Virus record (IMG/VR): IMGVR_UViG_3300030707_000003
DNA: 64,000 nt
Strand: one strand, 5' to 3'
Source: an uncultured virus (IMG/VR IMGVR_UViG_3300030707_000003)
Taxonomy: Duplodnaviria > Heunggongvirae > Uroviricota > Caudoviricetes
Both the position numbers and the translations under genes were made by a program. Shown here piece after piece: positions 37,918-47,143 of the stretch. A model generated the notes under the pieces. The model worked only from the letters and a program-made list of their open reading frames with translations. It made no database searches and had not been told where the DNA came from. The first letter of the stretch is position 1. Every line of letters begins with the position of its first letter.

Positions 37918-40145
37918 GCCAGCACCGCGGCCTGGGGCGGGTTCAGGATCACGCTCCCGGGCGGGACGGGCGTCACGGGCTGCGGCGGCGTCGCGATGAC
38001 ACCGGGCGCGCCCTGCGGCAGGACCGCGTACAGCGTGACGGGCCGCGGCGGGACGATCACGGCCTCCGGCGGGTTCAGCGGCACCGGCGAGGTCACCGTC
38101 ACCACGCCGGGGGATGCCGGGGCGATGGTGATGACCGCGCCCGTGACCTGGAGCGCGGTCACCAGGGCCGGGAACGCCGGGGCGATGGTGACGATTCCGG
38201 GCGCGGCCGGGGTGATCAGGGTAACGGCCGGGGCGTACGGCGCGGCGGTGACGACGCCGGGGAGCAGGAGTCCCGGCAGCACGACTGCCCTGGCGGTCAG
38301 GTATCCCGTCCCGGCGAAGGCAGCACCGGCCCGCACGCCTGACGGGGCGGCCAGCGACCCGGTGCCCGTCAGGGCGGCAGGAACGGACAGGCCGGCCGGG
38401 GCAGTCAGCGATCCGGTGGCGGCCAGTGCGGCAGGAGCGCCGGCGCTTCCCGGCGCGGTCAGCGAGCCGGCTGCGGCGAGGACCGCGGTCGCGGCCTGCG
38501 CCGCGGGAGCGGCAAGCGAGCCCGCGGCGGCGAGCGCTGTGCCTGCCTGCTGCGTGACAGCCGCCGTGAGCGAGCCTGCGGCGGCCAGTGCGGCGGGTGA
38601 CCCTGTGACGGCGGGGGCGGACAAGGAGCCCGCGCCCTGCAGCCCCGCGGTGCCGCCCGCCGAGGCGGACAGGACGCCTGCTGCTGCCAAGGACGCGCCG
38701 GCGCCCTGGACGGCAGGAGCGGACAGCGAGCCGGTGCCGCTGAGCGCGGCGGCGGGGGCGAGGATTGCCAGCCCGGCCAGCGACCCGGTCCCGGCCAGGG
38801 ACGCGCCGGCCTGGAGAACGGAGAGGGGGGCCGCAAGCGAGCCGGTGCCGCTCAGGACGCCGGGTGCCCGGACGGTGACGCCGGCGGTCAGGCTCCCTGC
38901 GGCGGCCAGGACTGCGGTGGCCTGCTGCGCTGCGGCGGCCGTCAAGGATGCGGTGCCTGGGAGCGCTGCGGCCGGGACGAGGATGCTGGGAGCGCCGAGT
39001 GACCCGGTGCCGCCCAGGTTCGCGGAGGCTCCCTGGGCCACTGCCGCGGCGACGGCGGCTGTCCCGGTCAGCGCGGCGGCCGCGTCCTGCGCGGCGGCGG
39101 CGGTCAGCGAGCCTGCGGCGGCCAGGGACGCCGCAGCGTCCACGCCCGCGGCTCCGGTCAGCGAACCGGCAGCCGGCAAGGTAGCCGCCCCGGCTACGGT
39201 CGCGGGGGCTGATGCGGTCAGCAACCCGGCAGCGGGCAGCGTGGCAGCGGCGCCCAGCGCGGCGGGTGCGCTGAGGCTTCCCGCGCCGCCCAGGGACGCC
39301 GTCGCGCCCTGGGCGGCAGCGGCAGCCAGTGATCCGGCGCCCGCAAGCACCGCGGGTGCTGCCTCGGTGACAGCGGTCGCGAGCGAGGCTGCCCCCGCCA
39401 GGGATGCGGTAGCTCCGAGCGTGCCCGCCGCGGTCAGCGAGCCTGCGGCAGACAGAGTGGCCGCGCCGGGGACCGCGCCGGGCATGAAGACGACGACGAC
39501 ACCGGAGGTATCTGTCGAGGTAATCGTGTGCGTGGGAGCGTAGGACAAGGTGCTGCCGGACGTGGGTCCGGACAGGATGGCGAAGACGAAGTGGGCGAAG
39601 CCGCTGAGGCCGTCCGTGAACTCGTTGGTCCATGATCCGGACGTGCCCCAGGTGTTCGACCCGGTAGAACCCTTATTGGCTAGCTGCGCCGCGAGAGCGT
39701 ACTCGCCGCCGGCCGCGACGGAGGCCAGGGTGGTGACGGTCAGCGTGCCCGACGTTCCCGAATTAAGGCCATGGGTGTCAACGCCGGGGGTGGAACCACC
39801 CGAATCGTGAAGCTGGTACAGCGTCGCGGTGACGATGGTGCGCGACGCTGTACCAGCTATCGAGCTGGTGAACTGCGGGGCCGCGTCCGAGCCCGCCGCC
39901 GTCTTCGTCCAGAAGGCCACGACGCACTTGGTCTCAGCGGCCTCCCAGATCTTGGTCCAGCCGCTGGTACCGGAAGCCTGCGCAGTAGCGGCGGCGGATG
40001 TGCTGCCGAACGCGGTGACCACCGCGACGAGCAGATCCCCGGCGGCCGTGGTCTGCGTCCCGCTCCACGCCGTGGTCGTAGTGACGGTGCCGGTGCCGGT
40101 GACGACCGCCGGGGTGGCCGGAGTGCCGACCTGGCTTATGGCCAC
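37914..40145 (-). CDS. Ala/Gly/Thr/Ser repeat fibre-like virion protein
   Basis: N-terminal AGDLLV domain, then many L(A/S)(G/A)(T/A)GSL repeats and a Pro-rich tail. Confidence 0.7.
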   Translation of the reverse strand: MAISQVGTPATPAVVTGTGTVTTTTAWSGTQTTAAGDLLVAVVTAFGSTSAAATAQASGTSGWTKIWEAAETKCVVAFWTKTAAGSDAAPQFTSSIAGTASRTIVTATLYQLHDSGGSTPGVDTHGLNSGTSGTLTVTTLASVAAGGEYALAAQLANKGSTGSNTWGTSGSWTNEFTDGLSGFAHFVFAILSGPTSGSTLSYAPTHTITSTDTSGVVVVFMPGAVPGAATLSAAGSLTAAGTLGATASLAGAASLATAVTEAAPAVLAGAGSLAAAAAQGATASLGGAGSLSAPAALGAAATLPAAGLLTASAPATVAGAATLPAAGSLTGAAGVDAAASLAAAGSLTAAAAQDAAAALTGTAAVAAAVAQGASANLGGTGSLGAPSILVPAAALPGTASLTAAAAQQATAVLAAAGSLTAGVTVRAPGVLSGTGSLAAPLSVLQAGASLAGTGSLAGLAILAPAAALSGTGSLSAPAVQGAGASLAAAGVLSASAGGTAGLQGAGSLSAPAVTGSPAALAAAGSLTAAVTQQAGTALAAAGSLAAPAAQAATAVLAAAGSLTAPGSAGAPAALAATGSLTAPAGLSVPAALTGTGSLAAPSGVRAGAAFAGTGYLTARAVVLPGLLLPGVVTAAPYAPAVTLITPAAPGIVTIAPAFPALVTALQVTGAVITIAPASPGVVTVTSPVPLNPPEAVIVPPRPVTLYAVLPQGAPGVIATPPQPVTPVPPGSVILNPPQAAVLA

Positions 40146-40192
40146 GCGTTCCCCCCGGAACCTCCCTTAGCGCCGCGCCCAGGGGACCCCGG

Positions 40193-40630
40193 TCAGAAGC
40201 CGCCGGCGGAGATGGCGGCGATCGCGACCTGGAACGTGTTGCCGTTCGCGACCGCTATCGGCTGCCCGTTCCAGTTCCCGAAGAACCCCCGCAGCTGCAC
40301 GTGGTCGGTGATCTCCAGCGACACGATCGACGCAGCGAACGTCATCGTCCATGACATCGCCGCAGTCGCGGGCATGGTCACGTTCGACCCCGCCGAGGAC
40401 GCGGTGCACTGGTTGGAAAACGCCAGGCCGTTCGTCGTGTAGCCGCCGCCAGTGTTCGCCAGCTCGGTGCCCGACGACGCGCCCGTGGAGGCAGTCGAGG
40501 TGAGCTTGAGGTACATCGCCCCGGCGTTCATCGCGGCCAGCGCGGTGCCGGGCACTCCGGCGGACCCGACCGGCAGGTTCGCGTTCAGCATCGCCGAGGA
40601 CCGGGCGGCGTCGACCGCCGTCTGCGCCAT
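40193..40630 (-). CDS. conserved phage structural protein (fibre-associated)
   Basis: YLKLT...GTEL..GGY...G.W...V.NGNTF pattern. Confidence 0.6.
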   Translation of the reverse strand: MAQTAVDAARSSAMLNANLPVGSAGVPGTALAAMNAGAMYLKLTSTASTGASSGTELANTGGGYTTNGLAFSNQCTASSAGSNVTMPATAAMSWTMTFAASIVSLEITDHVQLRGFFGNWNGQPIAVANGNTFQVAIAAISAGGF

Positions 40631-40631
40631 G

Positions 40632-40946
40632 TCAGGCTCCTGCCTGCTGCACGGCGGTCGAGCCGGGCAGCAGCGTGATCGTCACCGGGCGGCATACCGT
40701 GCAGTCCGGGTTCTCCTTGCCGCACAGATGACTGTCGTCGGGGATGCCCGGGCAGGAGTTCGCCGCCTGCCCGTGGTGATGGTCGACGGTGCAGCACCCG
40801 GTGGCCGCCGGGTCCGGGCACACCACCAGGGAGTCCAGGTCAGCGGCCCGGCACCCGTCCAGGTGCGCGCCTATCACCTTCTCGCAGCCGGGCGCGCACT
40901 CCGCGTACGCGGCCGTGCCGCACCCGTTGCACCGGACCTCGAGCAT
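40632..40946 (-). CDS. Cys-rich hypothetical protein
   Basis: GGAGG RBS; abuts the next gene. Confidence 0.6.
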   Translation of the reverse strand: MLEVRCNGCGTAAYAECAPGCEKVIGAHLDGCRAADLDSLVVCPDPAATGCCTVDHHHGQAANSCPGIPDDSHLCGKENPDCTVCRPVTITLLPGSTAVQQAGA

Positions 40947-40974
40947 GGGGCCGTTCCTCCGTTACCTTGGTCAG

Positions 40975-41379
40975 ATGAGCGAGAGCGGATTCGTGCAGAA
41001 CGTGCTCGCGGCTGCCCTCGGGGAATCGCCGGCCCCGGTCAGCTACGGCCAGTTCGGCTTCCAGGTCCACAAGCCCGGCGAGCCCGGCACCGAATGGGCC
41101 GCAGTTGAGGACTGGGCGATCTGCCTGCCGCACCAGTGCGATAACTGGGAGATCGCCGGCCATCCCGATCTGGCCGTGTTCCTTGAGCGTGCGCAGCGGT
41201 TCCGTGCCGAGCTGAACAGCGCGGTGCGGCAGCTGGAGAAGGCGGCCGGCGTCCGTGAGTGCGGCAGCCGGTGCGGTGCCTGGGTGCGCCCCGTGCAGCC
41301 GGAAGACGGCGTGGACGGATACGGCCTCGTGCACCTGGACGGCAACCCGATCTGCGACGGGCCTGCAGTCGCCTGCTGA
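40975..41379 (+). CDS. antisense hypothetical protein
   Basis: TACCTT-N6-ATG; LPHQCDNWEI. Confidence 0.6.
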   Translation: MSESGFVQNVLAAALGESPAPVSYGQFGFQVHKPGEPGTEWAAVEDWAICLPHQCDNWEIAGHPDLAVFLERAQRFRAELNSAVRQLEKAAGVRECGSRCGAWVRPVQPEDGVDGYGLVHLDGNPICDGPAVAC

Positions 41380-41380
41380 G

Positions 41381-41770
41381 CTACGGCTGGGGACTGGGGT
41401 CGATCAGCAGGGAACCTTCAAACCAGACAACCTGGCTACTAGTGGACGGATTGATCCAGAGCGCGTGCGCGTACGTCCCCGGGGCCAGCGGCGCGGTCGC
41501 GGCGGGCAGGATGTCCAGCAGGACCTGGGACAGGGACGCGGTCGCGGTGACGGTGATCTGGCCCGCGCTGGTCAGCGCCGTGGTGATGGAGATCAGCGGG
41601 ACGCCGGTGTCCGCGGCATTCGCGCGGACCACGTACTCCCACGTTGCCCCGGAGATCGGGTAGGGAACGCCCGCGGGGCCGGGCTCGGTGAAGGTGAAGG
41701 TCCACTGCTGCAGGGTGCCCTGGGGCATCCGCAGGGTCCACGACGGGGTGGCGACGGACACGGCAGGCAT
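41381..41770 (-). CDS. Ig-like adaptor (BppU-like) protein
   Basis: QGT..WTF, PYPISGAT, PGTY..L..., EG.L. Confidence 0.6.
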   Translation of the reverse strand: MPAVSVATPSWTLRMPQGTLQQWTFTFTEPGPAGVPYPISGATWEYVVRANAADTGVPLISITTALTSAGQITVTATASLSQVLLDILPAATAPLAPGTYAHALWINPSTSSQVVWFEGSLLIDPSPQP

Positions 41771-41800
41771 GGCTCACCTGCCCGGCGTAGGCTGCGGACC

Positions 41801-42016
41801 ATGAGCGGGCAGATCGCGTTCTGCGCACCCGGGCAGAAACTCGCCGCCGAGGCGCAGCTGGCCGCTGACGGCGTGACCGTGGCCGAGGTCCGCGAGCACC
41901 CGTACGTGACCGCGCCGCACATCTTCACCGCCGAGGCGGACAAGGCACGGTCATTCACCGATGAGGACGTGCGGGAGATCGAGGCGATATTCGTCGCCAG
42001 GGCGCGGGCGGACTAA
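41801..42016 (+). CDS. antisense hypothetical protein
   Basis: TAGGCT-N7-ATG. Confidence 0.5.
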   Translation: MSGQIAFCAPGQKLAAEAQLAADGVTVAEVREHPYVTAPHIFTAEADKARSFTDEDVREIEAIFVARARAD

Positions 42017-42720
42017 TCAGGTAGGTCGCGCTCAGCGCGCTTGCGCGCCTCACGAAGCAGCGCGGCCTGACGTAGCTTCTCCCGTGTCGCCGCCTTGGCC
42101 TCGGGCGAACGGCTAGCGTGCGCCTGCGCTATCTTCATGCGCGTCTCAGGCGAATGCTCGGTGCGGCGGTTCGCCAGATTGCCGACAAGTCCGTCGTACT
42201 TGTGGTGGCACGACCGGCACAACGGCATGTAGTCATCCGGGCTCTCGCCGGACTGACCGTGGATGGTGGCCCAGTGAGATGCCTGCTCTCCGCAGTGTGC
42301 GCAGCGCTGCCGCCATGCCGGGCCTCGCGCCTTGCGCACCCGGACATGATTCACGTGGTACTCGCTTGTCGTGCCCGTCCTCGGCCCCTCGCCGCGCTGC
42401 TTCCTGAGCGGCGGCCCCGCCAGTGGATCACCATAGTCAACGCGGCGCTGATGATGAGGGACGCACAGGCCATCGGCTGCGCTTCTCGGCCGCCCGCAGT
42501 CACCGATGGCACACGATGCGACCCTGAGCCGCTCCGTGCGGTCTTCCATGTAGTGCTTCTTGCACAAGCCCCTGGCGTTGACGTTCTCATCGCAGCCAGC
42601 AACACCGCACGTTCCCCGCGCAGTGGCCGAGCGCCATTGCTGGTAATGCTTGCCGCAGAGATCACGGCCAGTGATGTCAGACCTATCGCAGCCGTCAGCG
42701 GCACACATACGCTTGTCCAT
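42013..42720 (-). CDS. free-standing HNH endonuclease with zinc repeats and NUMOD3-like tail
   Basis: Three Cx4C...LCxxH repeats; CAHCG...LCRSCHHKYD; HSPETRMKI. Confidence 0.8.
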   Translation of the reverse strand: MDKRMCAADGCDRSDITGRDLCGKHYQQWRSATARGTCGVAGCDENVNARGLCKKHYMEDRTERLRVASCAIGDCGRPRSAADGLCVPHHQRRVDYGDPLAGPPLRKQRGEGPRTGTTSEYHVNHVRVRKARGPAWRQRCAHCGEQASHWATIHGQSGESPDDYMPLCRSCHHKYDGLVGNLANRRTEHSPETRMKIAQAHASRSPEAKAATREKLRQAALLREARKRAERDLPD

Positions 42721-42814
42721 GTCGTTCCTGTCAGAGTCAGGTTCGGCAAGCCCCGGCGGTGTCCAACCACTGCCGGGGCGCTATTCGTACAAGTATTCTA
42801 CAGCTCCAGGTCGA

Positions 42815-45800
42815 TCAGACCGGGTGACCGGGCCAGACTCCCAAGACTTCGTGGTGCCTCAGATTGCAGTAACCCTTGGAGCCTTCGGCCCCCAGGTACG
42901 GCGTTAGCTGCTCAACGCACCGGTACCAGTCGTGCGGCTCTCCCCAGCGGATCTTCTCTTCAAGGGCGTACTGCGTCGGTCCGGGGTGCCCGGTATGCGT
43001 CCAGTACTCGCGGAGAATCTCGGCGCTGCCCTTGGCCGACTTCTCTGCGTTCCCTGCCAGCGCCGCCTGCACCAGCGGAAGATCGGCGAGAAGCTCATGG
43101 CGGACGGCCGGATTACCGCCCAGCAGCCGCGGCTCCCACCAGGCGATCACCTCGATCGCATCGTGATCGGGATCATCGGGGTTGGTCACCTGGTCCCGGT
43201 CGCCGAACACCGGCAGGCCGGACTCCGACCCGATGGTCAGCACGAAGCCGTGATACCGGCCGTCCGATGACTGCCAGTGCCCGGTCATCTCGCCGGCGGG
43301 CAGGCGGACTCCTGCCTCTTCCTGCCATTCGCGCACCGCTGCGGCCATCGGCGTCTCGCCGGGCTCGAGGCAGCCGCCCGGGAACTCGAAGAGGCCTGCT
43401 GCCGGGTCGGCTGGATCATGCGCCCTCTGGAGCATCAAGATGCGCCCGGTGTCCGCCGCCCTCACCGCCAGCCCGGCGGCGACGGGGAGCGCGATTCCCC
43501 CGAAGCTGACCGGCACCAGGCCGTGCGCGGCACCGTCGCCCGTGGCGCCGGCCGTGAAGCTCTTGTTATGCGGCGAGTCACCGGAGTGGAACTGCTCGTG
43601 ATAGGTCGAGTACGCGGCTTCCTGGTTCGCGTCGTCCAGCCAGCCCACGTAGGCCGTGACCGGCCGGCCGAGCTTGCGGGCCGCTTCCACCCGGTGCCTG
43701 CCGTCGATCATCCGCAGGTGGTCGTGGCCCTCGCGGAGCACGGCGATGACCGGGTTGACCGGCTCCCCGGCCTCCATCTGCCGGGCGATCGCACTGACAT
43801 GATCCTGCTGGTGACGCGCTGCCCATTCGCCGGAGTTCGCGGTGTCGATGAGCGCGACCGGGATCTCGGCGGGCCCGGCCCAGCGGATGCGGGACACCCA
43901 GCCCAGGGCGCCCGCCGGGAAGTTCTGCCGCATGACCGCGCGGACGGCGGACGGCTTCGCCTTCGGCGCGCCCTTCAGGAACGCGGCAGCAGACGGGGCC
44001 TTCCGGCCCTTGCCCGCGGCGTTCGGCGGCCGTCCCGTCGCCGCGCCGGGAGACGACGAGCCGGGCTGCCCGGTGCCGTGACCCGCAGGGGAGGGGAACC
44101 AGCCGTCCATGTACGGGGCGGGCCAGTACGCCTGCGGCGGCGACCCGGTGCCCTCCGCGCTGCCATAGTCAGCGTCATCGTCAGTGTCCGGGGCGTGCTC
44201 CGCGACGGGATCGGGCTCGGAGCCGTCCCACCTCGGGGGCTCGCCGCCGCCCGCTTCCATAGTCCCGTCGGCGCGGTGCGGCTGGAAGACCCGGCCGCCG
44301 GAATAGTCCGGCTCAGGCTCGGTCTCGGTCCACGTCTCCTGGCCGTTCAGCCCGACCTCGCGGCGCAGCACCTTGCCCGTCAGCGGCTGCGGAGCGGGCG
44401 CGGCGGCAAGATGGCACCGGCAGCGCGGATGGGCCAGGGGAGCCAGGTCGCCCGACTTGAACGGCTGATCCAGCGGCACCGGACCCTGCGCGGCGTTTGC
44501 CAGGCAGCGGGCGCACGTGCCCGGCAGCCCGGACGTGACCCAGATCTTGCAGGCGATCCCTGCGGCCTTCAGCGCGTCAAAGTACGCGGCGTTCCACGCC
44601 CGGCTCACCTCGGACGCCGCGATCATCTCGCTGCGCTGCTCCGCGTCGAGAATGGCCCACAGCCGGCCCGTGACCGACGCGGCGTCCCCGGCCCGCAGGG
44701 CCTGCGTGATCGCCGCCAGCAGCGCCGCTATCCCGGTACCCGAGATCAGGTCCGCCCAGTTCGCCCCGTGCGTCGCCAGGAACGCCTCCAGCGCCGCCTG
44801 CGACCCCGGTGCGGGCTTCCCGGTCTCCCGCTCAGCGGCCTTCGCCCCGGCCTGCCACGCCGCGCTCCACAGCGCCGTCAGCACCGCCAGGAGGGCCGCC
44901 TGGATCAGGTCCGCGATCATGCCCGCCAGCACCGCTGCGGTGACGCTGAGCGTCCCGGCGATCCACGCCGCGATCAGGCCCTGCGCCTGGGTAATGGCGG
45001 AGGAGAAGGCGGCCTGGACCTGCGCCTGGTACTGCGCGGCCAGCCGGGCCATCTGCTGCCGCTGCGCCTGCTGCGACGGCGGGGATGTCTTCGGCAGCGA
45101 CCCGATCGCGGCCCTGATCACGTAGTCGGCGGACAGGCCCTTGCCCAGGTCCTCCGCGATGATCGCCATGACCTCGCCGGGAAGGTGGACCGGCACCCAC
45201 TCCGCCGCCGGCATGCCCTTGCGCAGGTGCCGTCCCAGGGCCTCCAGCTCCGCCATCGCGGCCTTCGGCGCGGGCTTCCCGCCGGAATGCCCGGGTGCGC
45301 CCTCGGCCGTGGCGTGGGCCGGCGCCAGCGCGCCGCCGCGGCGTGCCTGCCGCTGCGTCACCGGGCCGTTCATCCGCCCCTGTCCCGACGTCCCGGCCGG
45401 CAGTGCCCTGCGTGGCGGGGTGTTTCCCGTGATTGCCTGCCGGGCCTGACCCCGGGCGGCCTCGTGTGCGCCGGTCAGTGCCTCCTGCTGCTGCGACACC
45501 GTGTCGGATGAGGCCTGGCCGAGCGGAACCGGGCCGAGCTGGGTAAACACCACCGGACCCGAGGTCTCCGGCAGCCCCCACGGCGGCAGGTGCAGATCCC
45601 CGCGCACTTCGTCGATCGACTTGATCGCGGACTGGGCCTGCTTGATGCCCATGTCAGTGATGGCAGCGGTGTCCTGCGTCTGCTCCATGCCGGAGAAGAT
45701 GAACCGCATATCGGGCTGGCCGCAGATGACTTGGAGGATCATGTCCGGCAGGGCCGCCAGGTAGGCCAGGGTGGGCTTGGTCGCCGTGCGCTCGTGGATC

Positions 45801-47143
45801 GAGCGGGCCGCCTGCGCCATCTCCCGCGCCGCGAACGGCGACGCCGCCGCCGACACCTTCGGCAGCAGTCCCAGCTCAACCGGGGTCACGTCGCAGACCA
45901 TCGCTACTTCCGTGGCGATCCAGTTGTCGGAGTCGTCGACAATCTGGATGTCTTTCTGCGGGATGATTTTAGAATTGGGGGGGACGACCATTACCTTAAA
46001 CGCCCAGGCGATATCCCCCGCAATACTATTAATCGCGTCTTGCAATTCCCGGATCTGATTCGGCGTCATTGTTGAATCGCCCGGGGAAAGCCACACGCGG
46101 GGAACCGAGGATTCATTGAAGAAATCGAGCTGCATTGCCTGCTTGCGCAGCCCGGTCATGATCGGGATCAGCGCTTCCTCCACGAGGCTGAACCCGTAGG
46201 GACTGTCGGTGCGGCGGAAGTACGGACGGTAGGACAGCTGGTCGCCGCGCAGCATCGCCCGCAGCCCGGCCCGTACGTCAATCCTGGTCAGATTCGCCCG
46301 CAGCCGGCCTTCCGAGCCATCCAGATCCAGCCCAGCTTCGATAACGGTCAGATCAGCACGAGGTACCCCGAATTCGTACTGCTGATACGAAACTGCAGGC
46401 GGCCGGGGCCGTTCTCCGTGCAGGCCCGCCAGCGGCCGGATGCTGGACCCGTCGATCAGCCACACCTCGTCCAGGTCCGATCCGAGCAGCCCCCGGCCCA
46501 GGCCCTGGCCTTTCTTCGGGCACATGTAGACCGACACGGCGTCGTAGACGAATAGCTGCTCAGCGAGGGCATACAGCCAGGACCCGAAATCGTCGTAGTC
46601 CGTATCGGGGCGCTTGAAGAACTTCAGGGCCTCGGCCCGGCGCTCTCCGAAATCCCGCATGGCCTTGCGGTCACCCTGGTATGCCTTGGCGGCGTCCTCG
46701 GTGAGCACGATGTCCCAGTCCAGAGCACGGATCTCGTCCTTGCGGCGGTTCAGGCAGGACCGCAGCACAGAGTACGTTTCGGACAGAGTTTTCAAAGTGG
46801 CGAAACTCGCCAGCTTATAGCCCTCACTACCCGGAACACCTACAGGTAGATTATATCCGACATATGGTTGCCAGCGACGCGGCTGAGGGCGCGAGAATCC
46901 CTCGGGTGGCTGGTCAATCGGGACTGGCAGAATGGGCGAGAACGGGCCAAAGGCACCTTGCGTGAATGTTTCGGCAGGTCTCGGAAGGAATCCGCCGTAG
47001 ATCCGGCTGTATGAGCCACCGGGCTCAGTCGCATACGACGGCAGCTGCCCGATCCACGGGGATCCGCTCTGCGGCGGATACGCTGGCTGAGCAGCGCCGG
47101 GCGCCGCCTGCGCGGCACGGAGGATAGCGGCCCTCGAGGCGAT
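42815..47143 (-). CDS. portal fused to MuF, ParB-like, NUDIX and C-terminal domains; probable ATC start at 47143
   Basis: IDGSSIRP and YGFSLVE (portal); CARC..HPRCRC (MuF); IDGRHR (ParB); GGCLEPGET..AAVREWQEEAG (NUDIX); frame open 116 codons upstream of the track start. Confidence 0.85.
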   Translation of the reverse strand: MASRAAILRAAQAAPGAAQPAYPPQSGSPWIGQLPSYATEPGGSYSRIYGGFLPRPAETFTQGAFGPFSPILPVPIDQPPEGFSRPQPRRWQPYVGYNLPVGVPGSEGYKLASFATLKTLSETYSVLRSCLNRRKDEIRALDWDIVLTEDAAKAYQGDRKAMRDFGERRAEALKFFKRPDTDYDDFGSWLYALAEQLFVYDAVSVYMCPKKGQGLGRGLLGSDLDEVWLIDGSSIRPLAGLHGERPRPPAVSYQQYEFGVPRADLTVIEAGLDLDGSEGRLRANLTRIDVRAGLRAMLRGDQLSYRPYFRRTDSPYGFSLVEEALIPIMTGLRKQAMQLDFFNESSVPRVWLSPGDSTMTPNQIRELQDAINSIAGDIAWAFKVMVVPPNSKIIPQKDIQIVDDSDNWIATEVAMVCDVTPVELGLLPKVSAAASPFAAREMAQAARSIHERTATKPTLAYLAALPDMILQVICGQPDMRFIFSGMEQTQDTAAITDMGIKQAQSAIKSIDEVRGDLHLPPWGLPETSGPVVFTQLGPVPLGQASSDTVSQQQEALTGAHEAARGQARQAITGNTPPRRALPAGTSGQGRMNGPVTQRQARRGGALAPAHATAEGAPGHSGGKPAPKAAMAELEALGRHLRKGMPAAEWVPVHLPGEVMAIIAEDLGKGLSADYVIRAAIGSLPKTSPPSQQAQRQQMARLAAQYQAQVQAAFSSAITQAQGLIAAWIAGTLSVTAAVLAGMIADLIQAALLAVLTALWSAAWQAGAKAAERETGKPAPGSQAALEAFLATHGANWADLISGTGIAALLAAITQALRAGDAASVTGRLWAILDAEQRSEMIAASEVSRAWNAAYFDALKAAGIACKIWVTSGLPGTCARCLANAAQGPVPLDQPFKSGDLAPLAHPRCRCHLAAAPAPQPLTGKVLRREVGLNGQETWTETEPEPDYSGGRVFQPHRADGTMEAGGGEPPRWDGSEPDPVAEHAPDTDDDADYGSAEGTGSPPQAYWPAPYMDGWFPSPAGHGTGQPGSSSPGAATGRPPNAAGKGRKAPSAAAFLKGAPKAKPSAVRAVMRQNFPAGALGWVSRIRWAGPAEIPVALIDTANSGEWAARHQQDHVSAIARQMEAGEPVNPVIAVLREGHDHLRMIDGRHRVEAARKLGRPVTAYVGWLDDANQEAAYSTYHEQFHSGDSPHNKSFTAGATGDGAAHGLVPVSFGGIALPVAAGLAVRAADTGRILMLQRAHDPADPAAGLFEFPGGCLEPGETPMAAAVREWQEEAGVRLPAGEMTGHWQSSDGRYHGFVLTIGSESGLPVFGDRDQVTNPDDPDHDAIEVIAWWEPRLLGGNPAVRHELLADLPLVQAALAGNAEKSAKGSAEILREYWTHTGHPGPTQYALEEKIRWGEPHDWYRCVEQLTPYLGAEGSKGYCNLRHHEVLGVWPGHPV

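Noticed and set aside
38300..39480. Periodic repeats suggesting a CRISPR array or DGR
   Set aside because: Degenerate protein-level repeats in one ORF; no identical repeat-spacer pattern and no cas or RT gene
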